Below are positions 30,531 through 40,844 of a DNA stretch of 64,000 nucleotides, piece after piece. The stretch comes from Methanobacteriota archaeon (lineage in GTDB: Archaea; Thermoplasmatota; E2; DHVEG-1): the NCBI GenBank assembly GCA_963769885.1, contig CAVYNH010000006.1:544001-608000 (forward strand), given 5' to 3'. Both the position numbers and the translations under genes were made by a program. The notes beneath the pieces are model-generated. The model was not told the DNA's origin, did no database searches, and worked only from the letters and a program-made list of their open reading frames with translations. Within the stretch, counting starts at the first letter, position 1; every line of letters begins with the position of its first letter.

Positions 30531-30597
30531 AGTCAAAGCTGCATCCCTAGTTCATAATGAAGTGAGGCAGACAGGTCGGTTTGGTTAGTTGTGTTGT

Positions 30598-31863
30598 TTA
30601 TACTCCTGATGCGCCGTAGTAGGCTTTGCGGTCGAACTCCGCCACTGAGCCGAGCGTCATCTCTTCCTTGATGACCTCCCCGAGCCGCTTGATGCCCTCG
30701 CGGATTACGTCATCGTCGGAGTACGAGAAGTTCAGCCGCATGCTGTTGTAGTTGCTCGCATCCGGGTAGAACGTGTCGCCGATCACGTACGCGACCTTCT
30801 TCGCCAGGGCGCGCTTGAACATATGCCGGGTGTTGACGGTCTTGGGCAGCGTCACCCATAGGAACATCCCGCCGTGGGGCACCGTCCAGTGTGCCTCCTT
30901 CGGGAAGTACTGCTGCAGCGCCTCGATCATCACGTCCCGCTTACGCTTGTACATGGCGCGGATCGTCTCGACCTGCTTGTCCAGGTACCCGCCCTTGATG
31001 TACTCATACGCGATGTACTGCGTGAACACGTTGCTGCACAGATCCGTGCACTGCTTCGTCTGCGCGAACTTCGTGATGATATCCTCGCTGGCGACGACCC
31101 AGGCGAGCCGGAACCCCGGCGCCAGGATCTTCGAAAACGTGCTAATGTATATGACCCGGCCCTTTGTATCAAACGACTTGATTGGCGGGATCGGCTCCCC
31201 GTCGAAGATCAAGTCCCCGTAGGGGTCGTCCTCGATGATGATGAAGTCGTACTCGGACGCCAGCTCCAACAGCTCCTTGCGCTCCTCCACCGGGATCGAC
31301 TCCCCGGACGGGTTCTGGCACGTCGCCACCGTATACAGGAACTTGGGGATGATGCCGGTCCGGTTCAGCCGCTTCAGGTTGCGCCGCAGGCTGTCGATGT
31401 TGATGCCCGTGTGATTAATCGGGATGGACTCGCAGTTCGCCCCGTACGCCTGAAACGCCTGCAACGCACCTAGATACGTCGGCGCGCTCGTGATGAACGT
31501 GTCCCCCATGTCAAGGAAGTTGAACGCCACGAAATTCAACGCCTGCTGCGCCCCGCTCGTAATCAATAAATCGTAGGGCGTGCAGTCGATCTTCTTCTCC
31601 TTGCGCATCCGGTCCGCCAAGGCGCTCCGTAACAGGGGCAGTCCTTCAGTGGTTCCGTACTGCAGGGCATTGTGGATGTTGTTCTTGAACACCTTCTCGA
31701 TGCACTCGTGGATGATCTCGACCGGGAACGCCTGGGGGTTCGGCAGCCCACCGGCCAGCGAAATGAAATCACCGCTCTGGGTGAGTTTCAGCAATTCTCT
31801 GATTTCTGAGGACTTCAGTAGTTTTGACCGTTTAGAAAACAGTCGGTCATAATTAACGACCAT
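30598..31863 (-). CDS. class I PLP aminotransferase (LysN/aromatic aminotransferase-like)
   Basis: SEIRELLK, ISLAGGLP, LQYGTTEG, QNPSG, EDDPYG, STFSKILAPGFRL, MRLNFS. Confidence 0.9.
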   Translation of the reverse strand: MVVNYDRLFSKRSKLLKSSEIRELLKLTQSGDFISLAGGLPNPQAFPVEIIHECIEKVFKNNIHNALQYGTTEGLPLLRSALADRMRKEKKIDCTPYDLLITSGAQQALNFVAFNFLDMGDTFITSAPTYLGALQAFQAYGANCESIPINHTGINIDSLRRNLKRLNRTGIIPKFLYTVATCQNPSGESIPVEERKELLELASEYDFIIIEDDPYGDLIFDGEPIPPIKSFDTKGRVIYISTFSKILAPGFRLAWVVASEDIITKFAQTKQCTDLCSNVFTQYIAYEYIKGGYLDKQVETIRAMYKRKRDVMIEALQQYFPKEAHWTVPHGGMFLWVTLPKTVNTRHMFKRALAKKVAYVIGDTFYPDASNYNSMRLNFSYSDDDVIREGIKRLGEVIKEEMTLGSVAEFDRKAYYGASGV

Positions 31864-32046
31864 TCAATTGCCCCAGGCCTGTAATTCAAGAGGTAGTATT
31901 ATATTCTTTGGCTCTCGCTTCCCTGTCAGCTCCTTTAAATGATCAGGCGGCGACGAGCTATCACCCGCCTCTCAACCAACGTTTATGAAAAACCGTACCC
32001 ACTACCTTTATGACCCACCCGCCGGATAATCCATCTGGACCTTCAA

Positions 32047-33099
32047 ATGACGACCACGGACGAGATCACCATCCAAGGCGCCGGGCCCGCCGGGCTCTCC
32101 GCCGCCATCACGCTCGCATCGCGCGGCAGGCGCGTCACCGTCTATGAGAAAAACCCGGACTGCGGCATGCGCTTCCGCGGCGACTTCCAAGGCTTCGAAA
32201 ACTGGTCCTCCCCCACCGACATCTTCGACACCCTCCACGGCATCGGCATCGCCACCGACTTCTGGCACACCCCCGTCCTCCAGGCCCAGATCTTCGACTA
32301 CAAACGCAACGCCCGCACCATCCACTTCGAACGCCCCGCCCTCTACCTCATCAAACGCGGCGCCATCCCCGGCAGCCTCGACCAAAGCCTCAAACAACAG
32401 GCCACGAACAAGGGCGTCACCCTCGTCTTCAACACCAAGGTCACCGACACCGAGGCCGACATCATCGCCAGCGGGCCCACCCGCGCCGACGGCATCGTCC
32501 GCGGCATCACCTTCCAGACCACCTTCGCCCACGAGCCCACCCTGATCCTCGACGATACCCTCGCCCCGAAAGCCTTCGCCTACCTGCTCGTTGCCGACGG
32601 CCGCGGCTGCCTCGGCACCGGAATGACGAAGCACTACAACCGCGCTGACGAGTACCTCGACCGGACCATCCAGGCCTTCACCGACATCTACCACCTCGAC
32701 ATCCAGAACCCAAAACGATTCACCGGCTACGGCAACTTCTCGCTACGGACACGATACTACGAAGACGGCAAATACTACGTTGGCGAGCGGGCAGGTCTGC
32801 AGGACTTCCTCTTCGCCTTCGGCCTGCGGCAGGCCATCCTCTCCGGCCACCTCGCCGCGACCAGCATCCTCGACAACAAAGACTACGACAGCCTCATGCA
32901 AGAGACCCTGGTGCCTCAACTACGGGTCTCCCTGGTGAACCGCTTCCTCTTCAGCCTGCTGGGCAACCGCGGCTACAGCCAGGCCCTCGAACGCGGCAAG
33001 AAAATCACCAAACCCCTGGCACGAGCGAACAGGATCTACAACAGCCACCTCCTGCCCAAGGTCCTCCTTCCGATCTCACGGCTCGCCTACAAGAAATAG
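32047..33099 (+). CDS. FAD-dependent oxidoreductase (geranylgeranyl-reductase-like)
   Basis: GAGPAGLSAA Rossmann motif, VYEK, VGERAGLQD..FGLRQAILSG. Confidence 0.8.
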   Translation: MTTTDEITIQGAGPAGLSAAITLASRGRRVTVYEKNPDCGMRFRGDFQGFENWSSPTDIFDTLHGIGIATDFWHTPVLQAQIFDYKRNARTIHFERPALYLIKRGAIPGSLDQSLKQQATNKGVTLVFNTKVTDTEADIIASGPTRADGIVRGITFQTTFAHEPTLILDDTLAPKAFAYLLVADGRGCLGTGMTKHYNRADEYLDRTIQAFTDIYHLDIQNPKRFTGYGNFSLRTRYYEDGKYYVGERAGLQDFLFAFGLRQAILSGHLAATSILDNKDYDSLMQETLVPQLRVSLVNRFLFSLLGNRGYSQALERGKKITKPLARANRIYNSHLLPKVLLPISRLAYKK

Positions 33100-33203
33100 C
33101 CGTGATGAATTCTCCCCTCTTATTTGATATAATATAAATTGAATAAGAAGTTTAAAATAACAGAGAGCCGTATTCAGAAGGAGACACGTCGAGGGAAGGA
33201 AAA

Positions 33204-34793
33204 ATGAAACGAACATACACTTTCTGCATACTCTGCATTCTATCGATCGCCCTCACCCTCATGATGATCCCCGAAGCCATCGCGGCCGTACACACCAGCG
33301 GGACCTCAGATCCGATGCCCCTTAACAGAGGCAGCGTCCTCTATGTCGGCGGCAGCGGACCCGGGAACTACACCAGCATCCAGGACGCCATCGACAACGC
33401 CACCACCGGCGATACCGTCTACGTCTACGACGACTCCTCACCCTACCTCGAAAGACTCACCATCAACACTACCCTCTCCCTCATCGGGGAGAACCAAACC
33501 ACGACCGTCATCAACTTGACCGGCAATAACTACAAGACCAGGGTGACCATCAACGCCAACGACGTCCGCCTCAGCGGCTTCACCATCATCGTCTACGGCG
33601 ACCCCGCAGTCAAGGTCCTCGCCAACCACACCATGATCAGCAACCTGACCATCCACCCCGGCTTTGACGGATGGAGCGGCTACGGAATTCAACTCTACAA
33701 AGTTCATGACGCCACCATCACTGATACTCTCATCAGATACACCTTCACCGCCGTCGAACTCATCGACGCGACGAACGTAACCGTCTCCCACAATATCATC
33801 ATCGAGCCCTACGATAGTGGCATCACCGTATTTTCCTCCGACGACACCGTCTCCGAGAACTCTATCATGATCAATTACGACCAATATGTCAAACCGCTGG
33901 GCATCCATCTGGAAGGCGCTCACAACCGCATCTCCAATAACCATATCAAGGCCATGGTCGGGAACGCGACCGGCGGCATCTATGTGTGGAAATCAACCGA
34001 CAACGTCATCGAAGGAAACACCCTCTCCAACACAGGCTTCGAATGTTACAAATCAGAAGCGAACACCTACCTCAACAACACCGTCAACTCTCGACCATTT
34101 GTGTTCCTCGTCGGCCACTCCGACCAGGTCATCGACGACGCCGGACAGGTGATCCTTGTCAACTGCACGCACATGACTATCAAAAACCTCACGCTCTCCA
34201 ACGCACGCTATGGAATCTACCTCGACGGGACCACGGACTCCGTGATCCAGAACTGCCACATCTCCTCATGCTGGTACGGCATCAACCTCGAGGCATCACA
34301 AGGGAACACCATCAGAAACACAACCATCACCGACAGCGCGTACGGCATTGATATCAACCGAGGCCGCACGAACCACATCGAGAACACCACCATCGCTCAC
34401 TGCATGTACAACGGGATGTTGATCAGCTCACGCAACACCCTCGTGTCGCATACCCAGATCAGCCGTAGCGCCGTCGGAATCGTGGTCTGTGGATTCCTCC
34501 ACTGCACCGTACAAACGAACACGATTCAGAACTGCACGTGGGGCCTCTACCTCGAGTTCACCTTCGCCAACACCGTCGCCGAAAACAACTTCATCAACAA
34601 CACCCTCAACGCCGCCTTCTACACCTCCCTCATCAATCACTGGAAAGGCAATTACTGGGGCCGACCCCTGCTCCATCCCAAAATCATCCCCGGCGCGATT
34701 CTGCTCTTCGAATCATCGTTCCCCTACTACTTCCCGACCATCATCATCCCCTGGCTCAACGTCGACTGGCACCCAGCCGCACACCCGTACTAA
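33204..34793 (+). CDS. secreted NosD/CASH right-handed beta-helix protein
   Basis: Signal peptide, LYVGGSGPGNYTSIQDAIDNA, repeated N.I..N/GI.L units, C-terminal GNYWGRP...DWHPA..PY. Confidence 0.85.
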   Translation: MKRTYTFCILCILSIALTLMMIPEAIAAVHTSGTSDPMPLNRGSVLYVGGSGPGNYTSIQDAIDNATTGDTVYVYDDSSPYLERLTINTTLSLIGENQTTTVINLTGNNYKTRVTINANDVRLSGFTIIVYGDPAVKVLANHTMISNLTIHPGFDGWSGYGIQLYKVHDATITDTLIRYTFTAVELIDATNVTVSHNIIIEPYDSGITVFSSDDTVSENSIMINYDQYVKPLGIHLEGAHNRISNNHIKAMVGNATGGIYVWKSTDNVIEGNTLSNTGFECYKSEANTYLNNTVNSRPFVFLVGHSDQVIDDAGQVILVNCTHMTIKNLTLSNARYGIYLDGTTDSVIQNCHISSCWYGINLEASQGNTIRNTTITDSAYGIDINRGRTNHIENTTIAHCMYNGMLISSRNTLVSHTQISRSAVGIVVCGFLHCTVQTNTIQNCTWGLYLEFTFANTVAENNFINNTLNAAFYTSLINHWKGNYWGRPLLHPKIIPGAILLFESSFPYYFPTIIIPWLNVDWHPAAHPY

Positions 34794-34997
34794 AACCCAC
34801 TCACACCCACGGAAAAAACCACCCGGTTCCTCAAAAATCGGAACGTCCTTCCCCTGACCTATGAGGCGCCTCGTTTTCACAGTCAGAGCCAACAGCAAGA
34901 ACGTATTATCCGACAAAAAAATCGGTTGCTTCTCTTAGAAACCATCGATACGTATATGAGCGGCCACACCCTACCAAACCTCCGAGGGGAACGCCAC

Positions 34998-35447
34998 ATG
35001 GGAAAACACGCCGCACCATCACGAACCGTCAGCCCACTCGAACTCGTCACCAGCGAAATCGTCGGACCCAGCAGCTCCCACACCGCCGGCGTCATGCGCA
35101 TCGGCCGCGCCATCGCCATAAAAACAAAGCCCATCGGCACCATCAAAATCCTCCTCTATAACAGCCTCGCCGACACCGGCGACGCCCACATGACCAAAAG
35201 CGCCCTCGTCGCGGGCCTCCTCGGCTGGCAAGACGACGACCCCCGCATCCCCTTCTCCTTCCGCTACGCCGAAGACCAAGGCCTCACCATCAAATGGAGC
35301 CACAAACGAGACGAAACCACCCACCCCAACACCCTCACCATCACCCTCATCGACAACCACGGCATCCCACAAACCTACAAAGGCATCAGCCTCGGCGGCG
35401 GCCGATACAAAATCACCCACCTCCACCACCCAGAGGCCACCCCATGA
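34998..35447 (+). CDS. sdaAB: Fe-S L-serine dehydratase beta subunit (no ACT domain)
   Basis: GPSSSHTAG, LYNSLA.TG..H.T..ALVAGLLG, HPNT, GISLGGG; ATGA overlap with the alpha subunit. Confidence 0.85.
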   Translation: MGKHAAPSRTVSPLELVTSEIVGPSSSHTAGVMRIGRAIAIKTKPIGTIKILLYNSLADTGDAHMTKSALVAGLLGWQDDDPRIPFSFRYAEDQGLTIKWSHKRDETTHPNTLTITLIDNHGIPQTYKGISLGGGRYKITHLHHPEATP

Positions 35448-36415
35448 CCGACTACATCCTCCGCACCTTCACCACCACCGCAAAACAACACAAAAAAACC
35501 CTCGGCGACATCATCCTCGACTACGAAGAAACCTACTTCCACCGAAAAAAAACAGACATCCTCAAACGCCTCCAACACTCCTTCACCATCTTCCAAAACG
35601 CAATCGACAAAGGCCTCAGCGCCGACTACACCTTCACCAACCTCATGTTCACCCAAGACAGCAAAAAACTCCAGGCCACCCACCACCGCATCCTCGGCGG
35701 CCCCCTCCACACCGCCTGCGTCTACGCCCTCGCCATCACCGAAAACAACCTCAACATGGGCCAGGTCATCGCCTGCCCCACCGCCGGCTCCTCCGGCATC
35801 GTCCCCGCCTGCATCTTCGCCATCGCCGAAGACTACGGCAGCACCGACCTCGAAAAATACAAAGCGCTCCTCGCCGCCGCAGCCGTCGAACTCTCCATCG
35901 TCAAAAACGCCTCCATCTCCGGCGCCGTCCACGGCTGCCAGGCAGAATGCGGATCCGCCTCCGCCATGGCCGCCGCCGCCATCGTCCAACTCCTCAACCC
36001 CCATCCCTTCACCAACCCGGACATGATCGACAACGCCGCCGCCCTCGCCCTGAAGAACTCACTTGGCCTCGTCTGCGACCCCGTCGCCGGCGTCGTCTCC
36101 GTCCCCTGCCGCAAACGCAACGCGACCGCCGTCGGCACCGCCTTCATCTCCGCCCAGCTCGCCCTCGCTGGCATCACCTCCTACATCCCCTTCGACGAAG
36201 TCGCCAGCGCCATGCACGACGTCGGCGACCGCATGGACACCCGGCTCAAAGAGACCGCCCGCGGCGGCCTCGCCCGCACGAAGACCGGTCGGGAGTGGGA
36301 AGCAGTGAAGGACGCCCTCATCCACGAGGCCATCAAGAAAAAGAAGAGCTACGCCGACATCCTCCTTGAAAAAACAAAGGAGAATCTGGGACCCAGACGC
36401 CGTCCCCGAATCTAG
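35444..36415 (+). CDS. sdaAA: Fe-S L-serine dehydratase alpha subunit
   Basis: ACPTAGSSG, SISGAVHGCQAECG, LGLVCDPVAG..VPC..RN, IPFDEV, LKETARGGLA. Confidence 0.92.
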   Translation: MTDYILRTFTTTAKQHKKTLGDIILDYEETYFHRKKTDILKRLQHSFTIFQNAIDKGLSADYTFTNLMFTQDSKKLQATHHRILGGPLHTACVYALAITENNLNMGQVIACPTAGSSGIVPACIFAIAEDYGSTDLEKYKALLAAAAVELSIVKNASISGAVHGCQAECGSASAMAAAAIVQLLNPHPFTNPDMIDNAAALALKNSLGLVCDPVAGVVSVPCRKRNATAVGTAFISAQLALAGITSYIPFDEVASAMHDVGDRMDTRLKETARGGLARTKTGREWEAVKDALIHEAIKKKKSYADILLEKTKENLGPRRRPRI

Positions 36416-36420
36416 TGTTT

Positions 36421-37455
36421 TTATGGCTGGAAATTGGTGGCGAGCAGTTCCATGTCGACGCCTTTCAGGAACGGGAGTGACTCGTTGAACGAGCCCTTCA
36501 TCCGGACATAATAGCCAGCATCCGGCGCATAGTAGACCCTCCCGCCGCCGGCCACGGTCGTGATGTTGTACACGGTGTACGTCCCTGCAGGCACTGTCAA
36601 CAGCTCGGTGTTGTTGCAGATGAGGACTGGGGGGATCTCCGGGATGGCGATCGTATTGCCATTGAGGTAGGTGTTCATGACATGGGCGATGTCTACCGTC
36701 GGCAGAATATCGTCGAGAATATCCGAGACATTCTGCAGGTTCTCCTTGGAAGTATTCAGGATGTTGGCGATCGGCCCGATGAGGTGAAACCCGCGCACGA
36801 TCCGGTTGATGAAGTTGACGAACCTGAACCAGGGGGAGTCGATGGTGCCTGACAGGGTCACATTGTTCGCTGGGATGCCCCAGTTGGCACCGACCTCGAG
36901 GGGGAAGGCGATGAGGCCGTACGGCGCGTCGAATACGAACTGGCTGTCGATGACCGCGGAGAAGGTGTACGTCCGCGAGAGGGGTTCGAAGTACGGCTGA
37001 TCGTGAACCTCTATCGTCATCTTGCCGTTGATGGTCAGGTTAATGCTTTTCATGCCGAGGCTAGCCTTTGAGACCTGGAGGATGCCTTCAAGGGTGATTT
37101 CTTTGAGATCCCCAGTGATGTTGATCGGTCCGTCGCCGAAGTCAGCGTAGACCGCGTAATCGCCGGTGATGGTGGTGGGCTTGATGTGGACGATGTACGC
37201 GTCCGGGGTCTCGTTGTCGACTACGAGGGTGAGGTTGGTGACGGCCGCATGGATACTGAGCATGAAATCTGTTTCGTTGATGTCGACGCTGAGGTCGTTG
37301 ATGCGATAGGTCCAGGTGTTCCCCACGGACCAGACCGGGACGTCCACGCTGGTCGATGCCGTCGCATTCGGATGCGTCTTCGGGATGCTTTGAGCGAGGC
37401 TCAGCGGCGCAAGGAGTAGCGTACAGAGAAGCAGTATCGTTAGTTGTTTCTTCAT
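36421..37455 (-). CDS. secreted hypothetical protein (P.W..G..WTY / VPAGT family)
   Basis: MKK signal peptide; VPVWSVGNTWTY, FPLEVGANW, TVPAGTY, YYAP motifs. Confidence 0.75.
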   Translation of the reverse strand: MKKQLTILLLCTLLLAPLSLAQSIPKTHPNATASTSVDVPVWSVGNTWTYRINDLSVDINETDFMLSIHAAVTNLTLVVDNETPDAYIVHIKPTTITGDYAVYADFGDGPINITGDLKEITLEGILQVSKASLGMKSINLTINGKMTIEVHDQPYFEPLSRTYTFSAVIDSQFVFDAPYGLIAFPLEVGANWGIPANNVTLSGTIDSPWFRFVNFINRIVRGFHLIGPIANILNTSKENLQNVSDILDDILPTVDIAHVMNTYLNGNTIAIPEIPPVLICNNTELLTVPAGTYTVYNITTVAGGGRVYYAPDAGYYVRMKGSFNESLPFLKGVDMELLATNFQP

Positions 37456-37624
37456 TTATTATTCCTCCAGTAAAATCAAGGCATATAGAGGGGCCCTGGC
37501 TTTAAATAATTAACCCTGCCCCGGAGCCTCCCTCCTCCTAAGACTGTCAACAGGCGTCTATTATTTGTCTCCAAACATTTAAAAGCGGCAGGGTCGTTGA
37601 CTATCTATTGGAGGATAACGGTCT

Positions 37625-39100
37625 ATGAAATATATCACCTTCTTCAGCCTATGCTGTATCTTCGTCTGCTGTTCCTCTAGTATCGCGGTCGATGTCCCAG
37701 CTCCGGGCCATCAGCAAGCAGTCTTGGATGCTGCGTCTATTCCCACGTGGTATCCCGGCGATATGTGGACCTACCGCGTCGACCCCTTCTCCTTCAGCAG
37801 CGTCAACGCATCCTTCACGGGAGTCATCACTAACCTTCAGGAAACCGTCACAGGTGTGTATGATGACACGTATAATTTGAGTATCACGGGGCAGATTAGT
37901 GGGGCCTTAATTTACAGTGGCATCGTCGGCGACCTTACCGGGGTCATCACCGGGTCCTCAAGCATGAGGCGCTCCGACCTCGCCCAGGGACCGACGCATA
38001 TCGCCTCCTCGGGATCAATTCTTGTTATTGTCGTCCCGGTACCGTATTCGGCAGATATTCAGTATGGCTCAATCCCGCTATTGGAAGCCTTTGATTTCCC
38101 CCTCGCAGTCGGTGACCAGTGGCGCCTCCAGGGTCTCACGACGACGACAGGGTACGTGTCCATTGAGGGGATCATGAACCAGTCAATGAACAGCGTGCAA
38201 GTTGTTGATGGCGAAGTCACGTGCCCGCAGCAGTCGACGATCACGTGCCCAGCAGGGAGCTTCACTGCCTACGAGGTTGGCCGAGAAGGGTCCGACGCGT
38301 GGTATGCCCCCATAGTCGACAACCTCGTGAAATCCACCATCGACCAGGTAGGCACGAACGGTACGATTCATGCGGTGACAATCCTGCAGTCCTTTTCCCG
38401 TGCAACGCAGCCGTTGTCGGTCAGCGAGCATCTTTCGCCTGACGTCGCCTTCCCCGGCGACCCCATCGTCGTGTCCGGGCAGGTCCTCAATTCTCAAACG
38501 CATGCCCCAGTGGCCGATGGGGCTGTGACCGTGCGGATTCCTGCAACGGGGGATTCTTGGACGACGACGACGAACAGCACCGGCGGCTATAGCGTCTCCT
38601 TCCCTGCGCCGATAATGGTGGACGATAGCCCGGTAGTCCATGAGACCGGCTCAGGGGGTGTTGTCGTCAGTTGTAGCAAGGATGGCCAGGAGGGTTATCA
38701 GGTATGTACCTTGACGACCCTAGTCAACAATCCGCCGGCGGCGCCACGGATCACCGGCCCTGCTCAGGGGAAGCCTCGCGTCGAGCACAACTACGTCGTC
38801 TGCAGCGTCGACTCTGATAATGACACGGTGTCGTATTTCGTGGACTGGGGGGATAATACCACGAGTGACTGGGTGGGCCCAAGCGCGTCTGGGGTGGATG
38901 TCACGCTTACCCATAAATATGCGAAGAGGGGAACGTACGTGATCCGGGCGAAGGCGAAGGATACCTGGGGTTCGGCGGAGAGTGAATGGGGGACGATGCA
39001 GGTGAAGATGCCGTATGTGTTCCATCCCCTGCAGTGGCTCTTCGGGCGGTTCCCGCATGCCTTCCCACTGCTTCGCTTGCTTCTCGTGATATTGAAATAA
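37625..39100 (+). CDS. secreted protein of the same family, plus PKD-like domain and amphipathic C-terminal tail
   Basis: IPTWYPGDMWTY, FPLAVGDQW, TCPAGSF, WYAP; YFVDWGD PKD-like domain; tail HPLQWLFGRFPHAFPLLRLLL. Confidence 0.78.
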   Translation: MKYITFFSLCCIFVCCSSSIAVDVPAPGHQQAVLDAASIPTWYPGDMWTYRVDPFSFSSVNASFTGVITNLQETVTGVYDDTYNLSITGQISGALIYSGIVGDLTGVITGSSSMRRSDLAQGPTHIASSGSILVIVVPVPYSADIQYGSIPLLEAFDFPLAVGDQWRLQGLTTTTGYVSIEGIMNQSMNSVQVVDGEVTCPQQSTITCPAGSFTAYEVGREGSDAWYAPIVDNLVKSTIDQVGTNGTIHAVTILQSFSRATQPLSVSEHLSPDVAFPGDPIVVSGQVLNSQTHAPVADGAVTVRIPATGDSWTTTTNSTGGYSVSFPAPIMVDDSPVVHETGSGGVVVSCSKDGQEGYQVCTLTTLVNNPPAAPRITGPAQGKPRVEHNYVVCSVDSDNDTVSYFVDWGDNTTSDWVGPSASGVDVTLTHKYAKRGTYVIRAKAKDTWGSAESEWGTMQVKMPYVFHPLQWLFGRFPHAFPLLRLLLVILK

Positions 39101-39323
39101 AGCGACCTTGGTCCGTTGGAAACTAGGGGGCCGGCCGTGGAGCGGGCCGCTGTGCCGGGGTCGACTCAGCAGCGAGCCGTCGAGCGCGAGGGATGGCGTT
39201 CGCGGGTTGAGGGGATTCTCTGGTGAAACATCACGGGTTTCGTTCGCAAGCCCGCCTCCTTTTATTAAATTTAATAGATAGATTTAAATTGTATATCGGT
39301 AATTATTCTTCTCAGGAGGAAGC

Positions 39324-40844
39324 ATGGTTATGGTAAAAACATGTGCGTTTGGAAAGGCTGTTGTCGTGGAAATTGTTGTCATGGTTCTTGCGAGCATTCT
39401 CGCCGCTGGCGGGTGCCTCGGGGCGACGGCGGACACCAGAGGATCGGCGTCGCCGCTTTCAGGCCGTGATGATGTCCTCATGATCCCGGATTGGACCGCG
39501 GACCGCGTGTGCGCGTTCGACCCCTACAACGGATCGTACGTGGGCGATATCGTCCCGACGAGCTCGTATCTGCAGAGTCCAAAGTGCGCGCTGATCAGCC
39601 CACGTAGCACGATCTTCGTCTCCGATCAGGTTTCGGACGGGGTGTTCGAGTACAGCTCGAGCGGGGCTTACATCGCGACGATCACGAGCCTGGCGACGAG
39701 CGGCATCGACAACGTCCGAGGCATCAGGATATATAATGATTTGTTGTACGTGACGGTCTACCAGGGGACCTATGCGAATACGGTGCAGCGGTTCGACTGC
39801 AACGGCGCCGGCCAGATGACGTGGGCGTCGGCGAACAACCCCTTCGACCTAATCTTCCGCAGCGGCGATGCGCTGGTGACCAGCTTCGGTTCGCACAAGG
39901 TGGAGCGGTACAGTCTCACCGGCACCTATCTGGGGACGCTGATCAGCGGCATCAATTATCCCCAGCAGATCTTTGAGCGGGCGAACGGGAACCTATACGT
40001 CGCCGGCACAATCACGAATCAGGGGATCTATGAATACACAGATACCGGGACGCAGCTGAATTACTATCCCATCAGTCAGGGGACGCTTCGGGGCGTCTAC
40101 GAGCTTGGGAACGGGAAGCTGCTCGTCTCCACCAGCGACTCGGTCGGGACCTACGACACATCCACGTACCAGTTCCAGGTCGTGTACAGCGGCGGCAACT
40201 TCCAGTTCATCAATCTCTTTGGCGCGGGTGCCAACTCGCCTCCCTATGAGCCTTCGGACCCTGATCCAGCGGATGGGGCGGTGAACATTACCGTGGACAG
40301 CTCGCTGTCCTGGGTCGGCGGGGATCCTGACGGAGACCCGGTCACCTACGATGTCTACCTCGGGACCACGAGCCCGCCGGGCAAGGTCGCAAGCAACGTC
40401 ACCAACACCACGTACCAGCCCGCATCGCTGGCGTATGACACCACGTACTACTGGAAGATCGTGGCCTGGGACAACCACTATGCGTCCACGGCCGGCCCCA
40501 TCTGGCAGTTCACGACGGTGGAGGAGCTCGCCCCCGTCCTGGAAGTCTCGTTCATCCCCGGCTCGGTCGGCGTCACCGTCCAGGTGAAGAATAACGGGAC
40601 GGCAGCGGCTACCAACGTCTCCGTAGCGTTCACGGTCGACGGCGGCCTCATCATCATCCCCGGCGGCGGGCATAAACAGGTGGAAGTAGGGTCCCTCGAG
40701 CAAGGGAAGACCGGGACGGCGAAGCTGCTGTTGGTCGGCCTGGGGAAACCTACGATAACGGCGCAGGCCAGCTGCTCGGAAGGTGCGACGGCGGAGGCAT
40801 CGCACACTGTGCGATTCCTGTTCCTGATCTTCGTCATCTACTAA
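39324..40844 (+). CDS. secreted beta-propeller protein with FN3/Ig-like module and shared C-terminal domain
   Basis: Hydrophobic N-terminus, repeated Y...G.Y blades, DPDGDPVTYDVY.G...TYYWKIVA module, CTD NNGTAAA/GGLII/GLGKPTIT. Confidence 0.78.
   Translation: MVMVKTCAFGKAVVVEIVVMVLASILAAGGCLGATADTRGSASPLSGRDDVLMIPDWTADRVCAFDPYNGSYVGDIVPTSSYLQSPKCALISPRSTIFVSDQVSDGVFEYSSSGAYIATITSLATSGIDNVRGIRIYNDLLYVTVYQGTYANTVQRFDCNGAGQMTWASANNPFDLIFRSGDALVTSFGSHKVERYSLTGTYLGTLISGINYPQQIFERANGNLYVAGTITNQGIYEYTDTGTQLNYYPISQGTLRGVYELGNGKLLVSTSDSVGTYDTSTYQFQVVYSGGNFQFINLFGAGANSPPYEPSDPDPADGAVNITVDSSLSWVGGDPDGDPVTYDVYLGTTSPPGKVASNVTNTTYQPASLAYDTTYYWKIVAWDNHYASTAGPIWQFTTVEELAPVLEVSFIPGSVGVTVQVKNNGTAAATNVSVAFTVDGGLIIIPGGGHKQVEVGSLEQGKTGTAKLLLVGLGKPTITAQASCSEGATAEASHTVRFLFLIFVIY

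Noticed and set aside
26847-30577. Short matches to the att-like repeat at the edges of the AT-rich S8 gene (GATGCGGT at 26847, GCAGACAGG near 30566) and GCCAATAGGAGGAAT at 43865
   Set aside because: Only 8-9 nt or gapped matches; compatible with chance.
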